Origin: Candidatus Sulfopaludibacter sp. SbA3
GTDB lineage: Bacteria > Cyanobacteriota > Cyanobacteriia > PCC-6307 > Cyanobiaceae
Length of the DNA: 64,000 nucleotides
Assembly (NCBI GenBank): GCA_943367425.1
Contig: CALRJF020000011.1
Location: forward strand, 53,709-117,708
Direction of reading: 5' to 3'
In this document: positions 21,985-31,355 of the stretch, one piece after another
Numbering within the stretch: position 1 is the stretch's first letter
Layout: each line of letters starts with the position of its first letter
Translations under genes and position numbers: made by a program
Notes under the pieces: model-generated
What the model saw: the letters and a program-made list of their open reading frames with translations, nothing else
The model's database searches: none
What the model was told of the DNA's origin: nothing

Positions 21985-22713
21985 CTAATGAACTTGGGCT
22001 TCGCGCTGGTCTTTGAAGTTGTGTTCCACCATAGTGCAGCGAAACAAGTAGCGTTTCGAATCGATAGCCTCAAGAATCGCAAGTTCGCTCCCTTCCGTGT
22101 CAATGCTCAGATAATCGATCTCCCGAGGTGACCATGCTTCCTGAAGCAGATCCATCGACGACATGGTGACCACGCTGGTCAGCTCTCCAGCCTCCGCAGA
22201 TGCCTCCCGTTTCTTGATGTGGCTGGTCATCTTGCCCCGCTGGCGTAGGCTCCCAAAGGCATCGACCAGCACGAACTCAAGGCTCTGCCCGCTGGTGGGA
22301 TACACACAGGCCGGGCTTCCCTGTCAATCCCGACTGCGTTGCACTTGCTCGAACAGCCTGGGGTTCGGCTCCCAGCAGATCCCCTTCCAGTCGATCATCT
22401 TTTCCATCAGCCAGCTGTTGCTCAGCAGCACACCACCAATCGCGCCAAAATCAACGAAGAATCCACCTTTTTCTCAACCTGTCTGCTCCAGCATCCACAG
22501 GTTCTGCCCTAGCTAGAAGAGGCTCCAGCGCTTCCACTCCTGCTTACCGAATTTCATGGCTGCTGTCCCCAATGTTCCAGCTTTCACCTGCAGGGCGCCG
22601 CTGGCTAGAGCCAGGCTCAGCTCATAGGAAAGCTGTTCCGCTTCCGTGCGCAGGATCGTCAGCTGGGCCAGCATCTGGTCGTGATCCTCCCCTCGCGGCT
22701 CCACCGAGTACAA
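21985..22713 (-). pseudogene. FkbM family methyltransferase pseudogene
   Basis: One frame reads SLF*LGQNLWMLEQTG*EKGGFFVDFGAIGGVLLSNSWLMEKMIDWKGICWEPNP...RSRD*...IDYLSIDTEGSE..VEHNF. In-frame stops at 22513-22515, 22474-22476 and 22324-22326. Confidence 0.85.
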
Positions 22714-22727
22714 GACGCCTGCCCCGT

Positions 22728-22860
22728 GTCAATCAAGTTGACGGGTGGCGTCAATCTGGTTGACCGATAAAGATGGTTGTTCGGAAGCCCGCTAGAGCCT
22801 GAGATTGCAGCTGGGAACGGGATCGTGACCAGGCTGTCGTGGCTCGTCAATCAAGTTGAT
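22728..22860. repeat. three GTCAA-N5-TTGA(C/T) palindromes
   Basis: gtcaatcaagttgac 22728-22742, gtcaatctggttgac 22750-22764, gtcaatcaagttgat 22846-22860. Confidence 0.85.
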
Positions 22861-23214
22861 TTTCTGGCATCCATCTCAAGGCGGGTGGGTCAGTATTCAT
22901 ATTGCCGCCGTGCTTCTGGTGCGCTGGGTGGTTGCGGCCGTTGATCGTGATGGGCATGGCGTCCTCGTCAATTCCGTAGGCGGGTCTTCCGATTCACTGG
23001 AAACCCTTGCAGCAGCTTGCTTCTACCGATAACCCTCGTCCTCGATCCCCGCGATGTGGCAGTGGTGCACCAGCCGGTCCAAAGCAGCCACGATCTTCGA
23101 TCCACTCGGGAAGATATCGTCCCACTCCCGGAACGGCTGGTTGGAGGTCACCAGGAACGATAACAGCCAGCGAATAGGAGGGTATCAGCAATTAAATATA
23201 TGCAGCAATTCCGC

Positions 23215-24453
23215 TCAATAGAGGTCAACCTCATTTTCGAACTCCTGGCTCAAAACATTTACAAGATTAAAACCCATGGCCTGAAAGAAAGCATCGATCG
23301 CTTGAATCTGCCCGTCATTTCCACCTGCAGCTTGTTCGCCCTTCCCTGAATTGAAGGCCTGCCAAAGCGATGCATTCGCATACCCCTTCGAGCCATCAGC
23401 AGTTGGAAAGGCCAGCTGGTTGGTGCGTGCCGCCGCATTGGGCTGCAGGATCACCGCCGGCGCACCCTCCATCGCCAGCAACCAATGCATCCACAGATCA
23501 TCAGCCGTGGGTGCCAGCACCAGGGCCGCTTCCAGGCACAGATCCTCCGGAAAATCTGACAGCCGATAGAGCACGCCACTCTGCCCCGTTGGCAGATTGC
23601 CGAGCCGCGGCTCCCGCAGACCATCGGGCCACTGCCCATAGGGCCGGAAGGCGCCATCGCCCACCAGCATCCTGCGGCCTCGATGGGCCACCCTGCAGTT
23701 GTACTTCCCGTAATTGCGGGTCAGATACTCCAGAAATCTCGGTGGATAGATCGTGTCGTCATCAACGGTGACGAACAACCGCTCGGCCTGTGGGCTGAGG
23801 TTGCCTGCAGCCCGGGCCTGGGCATCGGTGACGTAAGGGTGAAACTTTCTGTAGGGCCCCAGGTTGGGCGTCCACTGAATCTCCACACCGTCCAAGGCCG
23901 CCAGCTCCTGCACAACCTCGCAACCCGGATCAATTCCCGTATCCAGCAGATAGGGATCTTCCGAGAGATAGATCTTCACCGCCGCCGGCTTCAGGGTTTG
24001 CGCCAGCAGCGACCCCACCACCGCCTTCAACGTATGCAATCTGGAGGCAATGGCCGTGAGCACCACCTCCGGGCCCAGATCGAGCTCTGCAGCGGCCACT
24101 CCCGGTTCAGGTTGGCGACCCACACCGCTGAATCCCAGCAGATCAGCCAGCGCCTCATGGGCCAAGGCACCCAAGTCGTCGGCAGCGTCACCGAGTCCGA
24201 TGGCTCCACAGGCTTCGGCCAGGGAAAGCAGGCCGGAAGCCTTGATCGCCTGGCTGGTCTCGGCCGGCGTTGCGCCGAAGCCCCGGGCCATCTCCATGGA
24301 CAGAAAGGCGTTCGCCTGGTCGCCACCGCCCGGCCCGCTGACCTGGAGCAGGGCCACCCCATAGCGCAGCCACTCTCCCGGATCCGTGCTGGCCGGGTCG
24401 TGGGCCTGGATCAGCCCGGCCCAGTCGGCCTGTTGATGGGTCTGCAGCGTCAT
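23215..24453 (-). CDS. GT-A fold glycosyltransferase with unnamed N-terminal ~100-aa domain
   Basis: LTAIASRLHTL..VVGSLLAQT, NLGPYRK, VTVDDDTIYP (DxD), GQSGVLY, APTADDLW. ATG at 24453. Confidence 0.75.
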   Translation of the reverse strand: MTLQTHQQADWAGLIQAHDPASTDPGEWLRYGVALLQVSGPGGGDQANAFLSMEMARGFGATPAETSQAIKASGLLSLAEACGAIGLGDAADDLGALAHEALADLLGFSGVGRQPEPGVAAAELDLGPEVVLTAIASRLHTLKAVVGSLLAQTLKPAAVKIYLSEDPYLLDTGIDPGCEVVQELAALDGVEIQWTPNLGPYRKFHPYVTDAQARAAGNLSPQAERLFVTVDDDTIYPPRFLEYLTRNYGKYNCRVAHRGRRMLVGDGAFRPYGQWPDGLREPRLGNLPTGQSGVLYRLSDFPEDLCLEAALVLAPTADDLWMHWLLAMEGAPAVILQPNAAARTNQLAFPTADGSKGYANASLWQAFNSGKGEQAAGGNDGQIQAIDAFFQAMGFNLVNVLSQEFENEVDLY

Positions 24454-24460
24454 CGCCGTG

Positions 24461-25936
24461 TCACGCCGAAGTGAGGCGGGCCAGGGCCGCCTGGCGCAGA
24501 CCATGGTCGAACAGACCCGGTGCCGCCCGCTGCTCGCTTCTGCCCGGGGCGGGCAGGGGCACATTCAGACCCAGCCACTGCTGCAGCTCATACACGGAGA
24601 TCACCCGCACGCCGGCCGGCCGGCCTCCGCTTGCGATCGAGGGCGCCATCTGGCGCGCGAACACACCGCTGAGCAGGCAGCCGCCACTGAGGTCCCAGCG
24701 GCTGTAGCCCTCCCCTTCCAGCACCGTGCGGCAGGCCAGCTCGAGGGCCTCCTCCACGAACGGATGGCCGGCTCGGGCGGCGATCAGCTCCAGGCTGAGG
24801 CTGCCCCAGCCGTCCTGCACCAGCAGCAGATCCACCCCGTCAGCCAGCAGCGGGTCCAGTGGGGCCTGGCTGCGCACGTTCCAGTCGACCGAAACGCCGC
24901 CGTGCTGCCAGAGCAGGGCCAGGCGCAGCAGGTCGGAGCGCACGGCCGGATCCTTCAGGCAGGCGCAGGCCTCCCGCACCAGGAGCGGCAGCTGGCTCCG
25001 CCGATCGATCGCTTCGGGCTGGTGATCCAGCCACTCCAGATCCCATCCCGGCTGGTGACAGCGCCAGCGCTGCTCGCTGGCCGCCAGAGCCGGGCCGCCG
25101 TCGCCATGGCGGCGCAGCAGCCATAGGCGTCGGGGAATCGCGGCCGCCCCGTAGACCACCGGAGCCTTCAGGCCGATCCAGCCGGCGCGGCGCAGCCGCA
25201 GCAGCAACGCGAAGGCCAGCGCCGTGGCATTGGGCTCCTCCAGCAGGCGGCTGGCGATGGCCTGGCAGGCCGCCGCATCGGGCAGGGCCCGCAGGCCCTC
25301 CAACGCCCGCACGGCGGCGGGGTTCGCACCGATCTCCAGCCGCCACTGGCGCAGCGGTTCCGCCCCCACCCGTTGGCGCTCGGCGGGGTCATCGCTGGCC
25401 AGCAGCAGGACCCGGATCCGCTCCCGCAACGAGCGGGCCAGCACCAGGTCCCCATCCATCAATGCCAATCGCTCCGCCAGTTCCAGCGCCTCACGGCGGT
25501 GTGGCACGGGTTGATCGCCGGGGGCCAGGCGATCAAGCGCCAGGGCCAGGGCCGTGGCGGTGGCGAAGCGGTAGCGCTGCTGGGCCAGCCGCATCCCCTG
25601 GAGCATGCGCCAGCGGCTTTCGTCGTCGCTGCGGGCGGGCAGGGCTGCCAGGGCGCCGTCGGCGCCGGCATCGGCCATGAGCAACAACGCCCCGAAATGC
25701 ACCTTGCGCAGGTGATCCAGGGTCTGGGGTTCCGCATCCGGCCGGTCCGCCAGGAGCTGCCGGCTCAGCGCCGCCACGCGCGGTTGGTCGCGGCCGTGCT
25801 GGGCAAGCTCCAGCTCCAGCCACAGCAGATCGCGCCTGCCGGGATGCTCCTCCAGTTCACGCTGCAGGAGGGCCAGCCCCTCATCGATCAGGCCGTCTCG
25901 CTTGCAGTGATCGATGGCCTGGCGCAGCTCCTGCAC
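24461..25936 (-). CDS. TPR-like N-terminus + GT32 glycosyltransferase domain
   Basis: C-terminal IPRRLW, WRCHQPGWDLEWLD, RSDLLRLALLWQHGGVSVDWNV (GT32-like). Helical A/L/R-rich N-terminal half. Confidence 0.72.
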   Translation of the reverse strand: MQELRQAIDHCKRDGLIDEGLALLQRELEEHPGRRDLLWLELELAQHGRDQPRVAALSRQLLADRPDAEPQTLDHLRKVHFGALLLMADAGADGALAALPARSDDESRWRMLQGMRLAQQRYRFATATALALALDRLAPGDQPVPHRREALELAERLALMDGDLVLARSLRERIRVLLLASDDPAERQRVGAEPLRQWRLEIGANPAAVRALEGLRALPDAAACQAIASRLLEEPNATALAFALLLRLRRAGWIGLKAPVVYGAAAIPRRLWLLRRHGDGGPALAASEQRWRCHQPGWDLEWLDHQPEAIDRRSQLPLLVREACACLKDPAVRSDLLRLALLWQHGGVSVDWNVRSQAPLDPLLADGVDLLLVQDGWGSLSLELIAARAGHPFVEEALELACRTVLEGEGYSRWDLSGGCLLSGVFARQMAPSIASGGRPAGVRVISVYELQQWLGLNVPLPAPGRSEQRAAPGLFDHGLRQAALARLTSA

Positions 25937-25945
25937 CGCCGCAGA

Positions 25946-26875
25946 TCAGAGGCTCACGGAGGCCCTGGGTGCCGTTTCGTGGCGCTGGAGCAGCAGCCGC
26001 ACACTCGCAGGCAGCTGGCGGGCGAAGGGGATCCTGGGCAGATCAAGCTCCTCCATCGGGGCCGAGGCGCCATACAGGGCGAGGTAATCGTCATGGTTGT
26101 CCCAGCTGTCTCGGCTGAAACCATTGGTGCGGTAACTCGCGAAATAGCTTTCCGTCTGCATCCCATTGGCCCAGATCAGTTCATGCTGATCGAGTTCAAT
26201 GTTGAAGTAGGTGATCTCCTCAGCATCGAAGGCTTCGAGCTGGCTGATGGTGCTGCCGTTGAGAAGCGCGCCGACCTCCACCAGATGACCATCCAGGGCG
26301 ATGGCATGGCTGGGGCTCAGGAAGGTGTCGCGCTCAGGACCATGGGTTCCCAGCGCACCGGCGGCGATACGGATCGGCATCTTGCCGAAGCCCCGCAAGG
26401 TGTTGAGGTCGCGGCTGGAACGGGCCAGGAACTTCACCGGCCTAGGACCACCGGCCGTGGACACCAGATCGCCGACCGCCAGGGTCTCGATGGCACGGGG
26501 GCCGTCGGGGGTGCGGATCAGGGTGCCGGCAAGGAAGCAGACGGGGCTTGAGGCTGTCGCTCCTGTGATGAAGGAATAGGGGGTATTGATGGAGCCGCTG
26601 GTAGGCAAGCCGGTATTTCCGGCATAGAAATAGTTATTGCCTGACCTGACGATGATGCCGCCGTTGTAAGTACCCACGTAGGTGTAGGAATCATCTCCAT
26701 TGGAGACGATCTCACCAGGTGACAGCTGGGCGGAATCCGCATCGCTGCTGGCACCGACTTCTGACCAGGTGAAGGAACGATTGCCGGTGCGGTCTCTCGC
26801 TGCTTTGATCTTGTTGCCGCCGCTTGTAGAACTGATCTTTTGAAAGAAGCTATAGGTGACTGACTTGACAGCCAT
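25946..26875 (-). CDS. Hint (hedgehog/intein, Hint_2-type) domain protein
   Basis: PVCFLAGTLIRTPDGPRAIETLAVGDLV (block A, Cys113), LSPSHAI (block B His), YFNIELDQHELIWANGMQTES. Confidence 0.9.
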   Translation of the reverse strand: MAVKSVTYSFFQKISSTSGGNKIKAARDRTGNRSFTWSEVGASSDADSAQLSPGEIVSNGDDSYTYVGTYNGGIIVRSGNNYFYAGNTGLPTSGSINTPYSFITGATASSPVCFLAGTLIRTPDGPRAIETLAVGDLVSTAGGPRPVKFLARSSRDLNTLRGFGKMPIRIAAGALGTHGPERDTFLSPSHAIALDGHLVEVGALLNGSTISQLEAFDAEEITYFNIELDQHELIWANGMQTESYFASYRTNGFSRDSWDNHDDYLALYGASAPMEELDLPRIPFARQLPASVRLLLQRHETAPRASVSL

Positions 26876-27062
26876 GGGGCAGCAAATACAAAACGAAGTA
26901 TTAAGTTAGTCACAACTTCAAAAAATGCATCCCTCCCCACCCCCGGGCCAGACAGAGCTGATCAATTCCGCATGAAACGATCAGCTCGGCTTATGACGTG
27001 CGCTTGTAGCTTGCTCTCTTCATGGACCGACACCCCCTTCATCTGCCCAGCAGTCCGATCCG

Positions 27063-27224
27063 ATGATCCTTCCCGGACGCCCCCGCCTCGTCTGGCTCTG
27101 GGCCCTGTTGATCGGACTGTCCGTGATTCGCGGCTCCAGCCCGCTGTGGCTGCCGCCGGGGTCGCCGCTGCATCAGCCCCTCTGCCGCCTGATGCCGGGG
27201 TTGCCGGCCTGTAAGAACGGATAA
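27063..27224 (+). CDS. possible small hydrophobic protein (53 aa)
   Basis: MILPGRPRLVWLWALLIGLSVIRGSSPLWLPPGSPLHQPLCRLMPGLPACKNG. Below the ORF-track cutoff; basic N-terminus followed by a hydrophobic stretch. Confidence 0.4.
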   Translation: MILPGRPRLVWLWALLIGLSVIRGSSPLWLPPGSPLHQPLCRLMPGLPACKNG

Positions 27225-27367
27225 CGCTTGATGAAGCCCCAGAGTCCCTCCGCTGAGCAGTGCTAGTAGACATCTGAACGGACAAGTTTTGGCGTGAACA
27301 GATCTGGCCAATCGTCAGTGGCATGTTCTCCAAAACCTGACGACGTAGAGCCATCTGCAACATTCTC

Positions 27368-29227
27368 ATGACCAAAAAGCTTGCCATTGTGATCTCCGGA
27401 GCCGTGTCGCTCGGGAGTTATGAAGCCGGAGTGATGTATGAGGTGCTCGAAGCCATCGCCCTGCATAACGAGTCGCTTCCTGAAAAACACCCTGATCGTG
27501 TGGTGATCGATGTGATCACCGGCGCGTCCGCTGGTGCCATGACAGCCGCCATCTTGAGCCAACAGCTCTATTTCGGTGGCAAGACATTGCGGCAACCCTA
27601 CGACGGCAACCCCCTGTTCGATGCCTGGGTCAAGCAGATCAACATCAAGGATCTCCTGGAGGTTAATGTCAATGAGCACAAGTATTCCTTGCTGAGCTCC
27701 GCCGTCATTGACGACATCGGCCAAAAGGCAATTCCCGATGACCCCGGCAAGCCCTTGGAGCCCCACCCGGCTTCAGGGAATACCCTGCAGCTTGGCATTG
27801 CGATGTCCAATCTCAATGGCTACAAACAGGAGATCCCAGGCTCCGGAAGCAACGAATCCTTCGCCTACTCCCGCTACAAAGACCAGTTCGTCTGCCGATT
27901 GCAGCGCCTGCCGGCGAAGACTGATCAGCCCGATTCCCGCCATCCCAGGCCTGCCGAGACTCTCCATCTGTCGGAAATGGAACCTCGCATGAAGGGACGC
28001 AAGGTGGTATGGCGGCCGATGCACAACACCTGCAACTGGGGAATTCTTCGGATGATGGCGTTGTCCTCAGGAGCCTTTCCCTTTGCTTTCCGGGCACGGC
28101 GCATCGTCCGATCCGGGGGGTCAGACAAGAGCATGATGGCCACCAGGGACAGCGGTCGTAAATCCTCTGCCGGCGACCAACTCTATGGCGGCAACTATCT
28201 GTATACCGACGGCGGCGTTTTCGAAAACGAGCCCGTAGGGATGGCTGTCAACCTCATCGAGGCCATCGGTGCAGAGCATCAGGATCCCAACCGAAGTTAC
28301 CTTTTCGTTGCCCCCGGCAAACGAACGATCGATGCCGATCCGTTCTTCAATACGGAGGATGATCTTCTCGCGATGGCGACCGGGCTGATCAGTGCCATCT
28401 TCGGCCAGTCCCGATTTCAGCAATGGGTTACCGAGGGCCTCACAGGCCAGTTACTCACCGTCACCGCCACCGAAGCCTCTCTGGTTGGCGATACGTTCTC
28501 GGCCTTTGGCGGCTTTCTGGAGTATGAGTTTCTAGCCCATGATTACAACATCGGCCGCTGCAATGCACGCCAGAAGCTTCGCGATGGAAGTTTCGATCAT
28601 CTGATCAAGAACTACAAATCCATTGACGCTTTGATGCCGAAGGTTGAATGGCCGAAGAAGTGCCATGGTCAACCGGGCAGTCTTCCACCTGACTCCACGT
28701 TTCCAGCCCTTCAGGCCCGTTCCCGCAGCCAGGAACAAAAAACAGACGGCTATGGCGAGTATGAAACAGATGCCTGGAAGGCGGCCCGAAAAAGGTTTGC
28801 ACCGCTGGCCAAGCCCAGATTCAAGCCAGGCAAGGGCCCTCGAAGGCGTGATCTGGGAGCGGAGCTGAGCATTCTCATGTGCGAAGTGGATCAATCGCGC
28901 CGCCAGCTGATTGCCAAACAGGTCCAGGCACGCGTCGATTCGCTGGTGGGCTTCATCCTCGGCAAAATCCTCAATCCAAAGCAGGCGAAGCGACGCTCTG
29001 TGCGTTTCGGGTTGCAGCTGGCTCTGGTGGTGCTCACGCCTTTCGCACAGATCGTGTTGAAGGCACTGATTTGTCCTGCCATCGCCACCTATATCCTCCA
29101 CCCCAGGCCTCCTGCCGAACCGCCCCCAGACGAGGCCTGCTGCGGCGCGGCAGACGACGAAGCACCATCCCCTGCGAAGACCATCGCATCCCCTGAGAAG
29201 AACATCGATGGTGGCGAGTCGCCTTGA
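27368..29227 (+). CDS. patatin-like phospholipase domain protein
   Basis: ISGAVSLGSYEAG (Gly-rich loop), TGASAG (GxSxG), SSGAFP, YTDGGVFENEP (DGG). Confidence 0.9.
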   Translation: MTKKLAIVISGAVSLGSYEAGVMYEVLEAIALHNESLPEKHPDRVVIDVITGASAGAMTAAILSQQLYFGGKTLRQPYDGNPLFDAWVKQINIKDLLEVNVNEHKYSLLSSAVIDDIGQKAIPDDPGKPLEPHPASGNTLQLGIAMSNLNGYKQEIPGSGSNESFAYSRYKDQFVCRLQRLPAKTDQPDSRHPRPAETLHLSEMEPRMKGRKVVWRPMHNTCNWGILRMMALSSGAFPFAFRARRIVRSGGSDKSMMATRDSGRKSSAGDQLYGGNYLYTDGGVFENEPVGMAVNLIEAIGAEHQDPNRSYLFVAPGKRTIDADPFFNTEDDLLAMATGLISAIFGQSRFQQWVTEGLTGQLLTVTATEASLVGDTFSAFGGFLEYEFLAHDYNIGRCNARQKLRDGSFDHLIKNYKSIDALMPKVEWPKKCHGQPGSLPPDSTFPALQARSRSQEQKTDGYGEYETDAWKAARKRFAPLAKPRFKPGKGPRRRDLGAELSILMCEVDQSRRQLIAKQVQARVDSLVGFILGKILNPKQAKRRSVRFGLQLALVVLTPFAQIVLKALICPAIATYILHPRPPAEPPPDEACCGAADDEAPSPAKTIASPEKNIDGGESP

Positions 29228-29522
29228 ACGTTGCAGCAATTTCAGGGCTTGCCGTTCCGTACGGAGACAGGTCACCAACCACCGCTTGCTGCTGCGCCGT
29301 CTCGGCGTGCAGCCAGGCCAGCAGATCGAGGCCTTCATCGGACGCCTCACGGGCCTCCTCCCCAGTAGCAGCCAAGAGCCCACGGGCCCACTCCGTGAAA
29401 CCACGGATGCGCGCTCTCCTAGTACTGACATACCATTAGCTCATCAGTTCGGACTGGGCGCCGCTACGGTCATGCCATAGAAAAAAGCGTCAGTTTCCCC
29501 AGGTCAGCCCTATCCATTTCCT

Positions 29523-29915
29523 TTGCTGGATCGCGTCGGCTTTGCCTCCCTTGTCGGCGGTGCCCTTGTCGTCCTGATCACGTTCTTCACCTCCTACAGC
29601 CATGTCGATCTCCTCGGGATCCACGTCAACGTCAATCAGCGAATCGGAATTCCTTGCCTCTTTGCCGCCTTGGCGGCGTTGGTTGGCGAAGTTAAACTGG
29701 CATCCAACGATCGATGCGCAGATCAGAGCACTCGAGAGCGAGAAGCGAATCAAGCGGCTCGAGAAAGAGGACAAGCGACTCGCCGATCTGGAATCCAAGC
29801 TCGATGCGTTGTTGCTCAGTGCAGATTCCTCCTCGCCGACACCACCCTCAACCGGCTCCAACTGAGTGAGGCCTTGGCTTTGTTGATGGAGACAATCAAG
29901 CCGTCTGAGACCTAA
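29523..29915 (+). CDS. hypothetical membrane protein (two predicted TM segments + charged tail)
   Basis: FASLVGGALVVLITFFTSY and IGIPCLFAALAALVG hydrophobic segments. TTG start uncertain. Confidence 0.55.
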   Translation: MLDRVGFASLVGGALVVLITFFTSYSHVDLLGIHVNVNQRIGIPCLFAALAALVGEVKLASNDRCADQSTREREANQAARERGQATRRSGIQARCVVAQCRFLLADTTLNRLQLSEALALLMETIKPSET

Positions 29916-30069
29916 ACTTCCATCGCGAAGCAATCCAGCCCATACCGGCAATCATTGTGCTTCTCCAGCAGGTGGCGCCTACGGGCGGGCACTCAGGCGG
30001 CGGCAACGCCTTGGCAGCCGTGCCGCTCGAAAGCCAGAGTTGAATCCAGCACCAAAGCGGAGCGTCGCC

Positions 30070-30314
30070 ATGGCCAGGACCACCCGAGCCCCTGCGGTCA
30101 AGTTGGTTGGCGCTAATGGACAAATTAGCCTCGGCAAGCCTTACGCCGGCCACCAGGTGTTGGTGGAAGAGCGCAAGCCCGGGTGTGGATCGTGCGCACC
30201 GTCACCGTGATCCCCGACAGCGAGCGCTGGCTGCACGAACCGAAGGCCGCCGACGCGCTCGAAGCCGCGATGGCCTGGTCGGCCAGCCAAGCGCCTGCTG
30301 ATGCCGTGCGATGA
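30070..30314 (+). pseudogene. frameshifted AbrB/MazE-like putative antitoxin
   Basis: MARTTRAPAVKLVGANGQISLGKPYAGHQVLVEERKPG continues in another frame as VWIVRTVTVIPDSERWLHEPKAADALEAAMAWSA. Adding one G at cccgggtgtgg (~30181) restores an ~81-aa ORF. Confidence 0.65.
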
Positions 30315-30412
30315 CGCGACGGCACCGTGGGCCAATCGTCTTGGGGCCACGGAAGCTGGACAAAGGCTCCCGATGTACCAGGCACGGCAAACCCTCGGGC
30401 TGAAGGCATCGC

Positions 30413-30757
30413 TCAGGTCCTGGTACCCAACAGCTTGCGCAGCTGGGACGCCACACCGGCACGATCGGCGGTGGCCAAAGAGCCCAGGCCCCCCGACACC
30501 AGCCGCTCATCAAGGGTGAACAACTTGAAGCGCACCAGGCAAGACTGGGGCAGACCTGCAGCCTGCAGATCTTCAAGGGGCCAATCGAGGGGCCACGAGG
30601 ATTGCCGCGCCGAGGTGATCATCGCCAGCAGCAGGTGGCCGCAACCACGCGGAAAGTCGGGCTGGGAAAGAACCACCGCTGGCCGCAGCTTCTGGGCCTG
30701 CCGATCCGTGAAGGGGAACGGCACCCGCACCACCGAGTACCTGTCGAAGTGGCTCAT
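30413..30757 (-). CDS. PemK/MazF family toxin
   Basis: VVRVPFPFTDRQAQKLRPAVVLS, LAMITSA, SCLVRFKLFTLD. Confidence 0.9.
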   Translation of the reverse strand: MSHFDRYSVVRVPFPFTDRQAQKLRPAVVLSQPDFPRGCGHLLLAMITSARQSSWPLDWPLEDLQAAGLPQSCLVRFKLFTLDERLVSGGLGSLATADRAGVASQLRKLLGTRT

Positions 30758-30978
30758 AGATCGCGGAACGCCTCCTCATCCTCCGGGCTGCTCCACTCGC
30801 TCAGGGTGCTCTCCAGCCCCTCCAGAAAGGCCAGATCCAACGGCGCCACGGCCCGCACGCGCACCGAGCCGTCCTCCAGCTCCCAACTGAGCTGATCGCC
30901 TTGCCGCAATCCCAGGGCCTCACGCACCGCCTTCGGCACCGTGACCTGTCCCTTGGCGGTAAGTGTGGCGACCTCCAT
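30754..30978 (-). CDS. AbrB/MazE/SpoVT family antitoxin
   Basis: MEVATLTAKGQVTVPKAVREALGLRQGDQLSW. 4-nt overlap with the toxin start. Confidence 0.92.
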   Translation of the reverse strand: MEVATLTAKGQVTVPKAVREALGLRQGDQLSWELEDGSVRVRAVAPLDLAFLEGLESTLSEWSSPEDEEAFRDL

Positions 30979-31355
30979 CGCTGGTAAACCAGTCACTGGA
31001 TCTCACCCTAGGCCGGATGTCTCCTTGTCGTAAGGCGTCCTTACGGGCTTGCGTCAAAGATGGGCCCCTGACCTCGCGGCAGAAGTTCTCCAACGAGAAG
31101 CCGAGATCTCTGTCTGAAAGGGCCTGAGCTCATCCACCGTGATCGGCTGCGGCTGATGTTGGCCATCGCCTAGCTGCTGCTCTCTCGGCAGGTGGATCGG
31201 GATGGCCGACCGAGGCCCATGAACAGACTCAGCCTTCGGCCTCGGGCAACAACGTGCTCGGCTCGAAGCCGCGGACCGGCACTGAACAATCCCTGGGCCT
31301 GAAGGCGATCCGGCCCCGGCAGCGGCGAAAGGCACACGGATACGGACCCTGAGCC

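Noticed and set aside
29490-29951. Alternative overlapping ORFs (29490..29951 on -, 29602..29865 on +) around the two-TM gene
   Set aside because: Only 29523..29915 has a coherent membrane-protein pattern. The coiled-coil-looking 29602 frame could not be excluded but has no independent support.
31000-31355. Short ORFs between the AbrB antitoxin and the DUF6880-like gene
   Set aside because: No family motif recognised.
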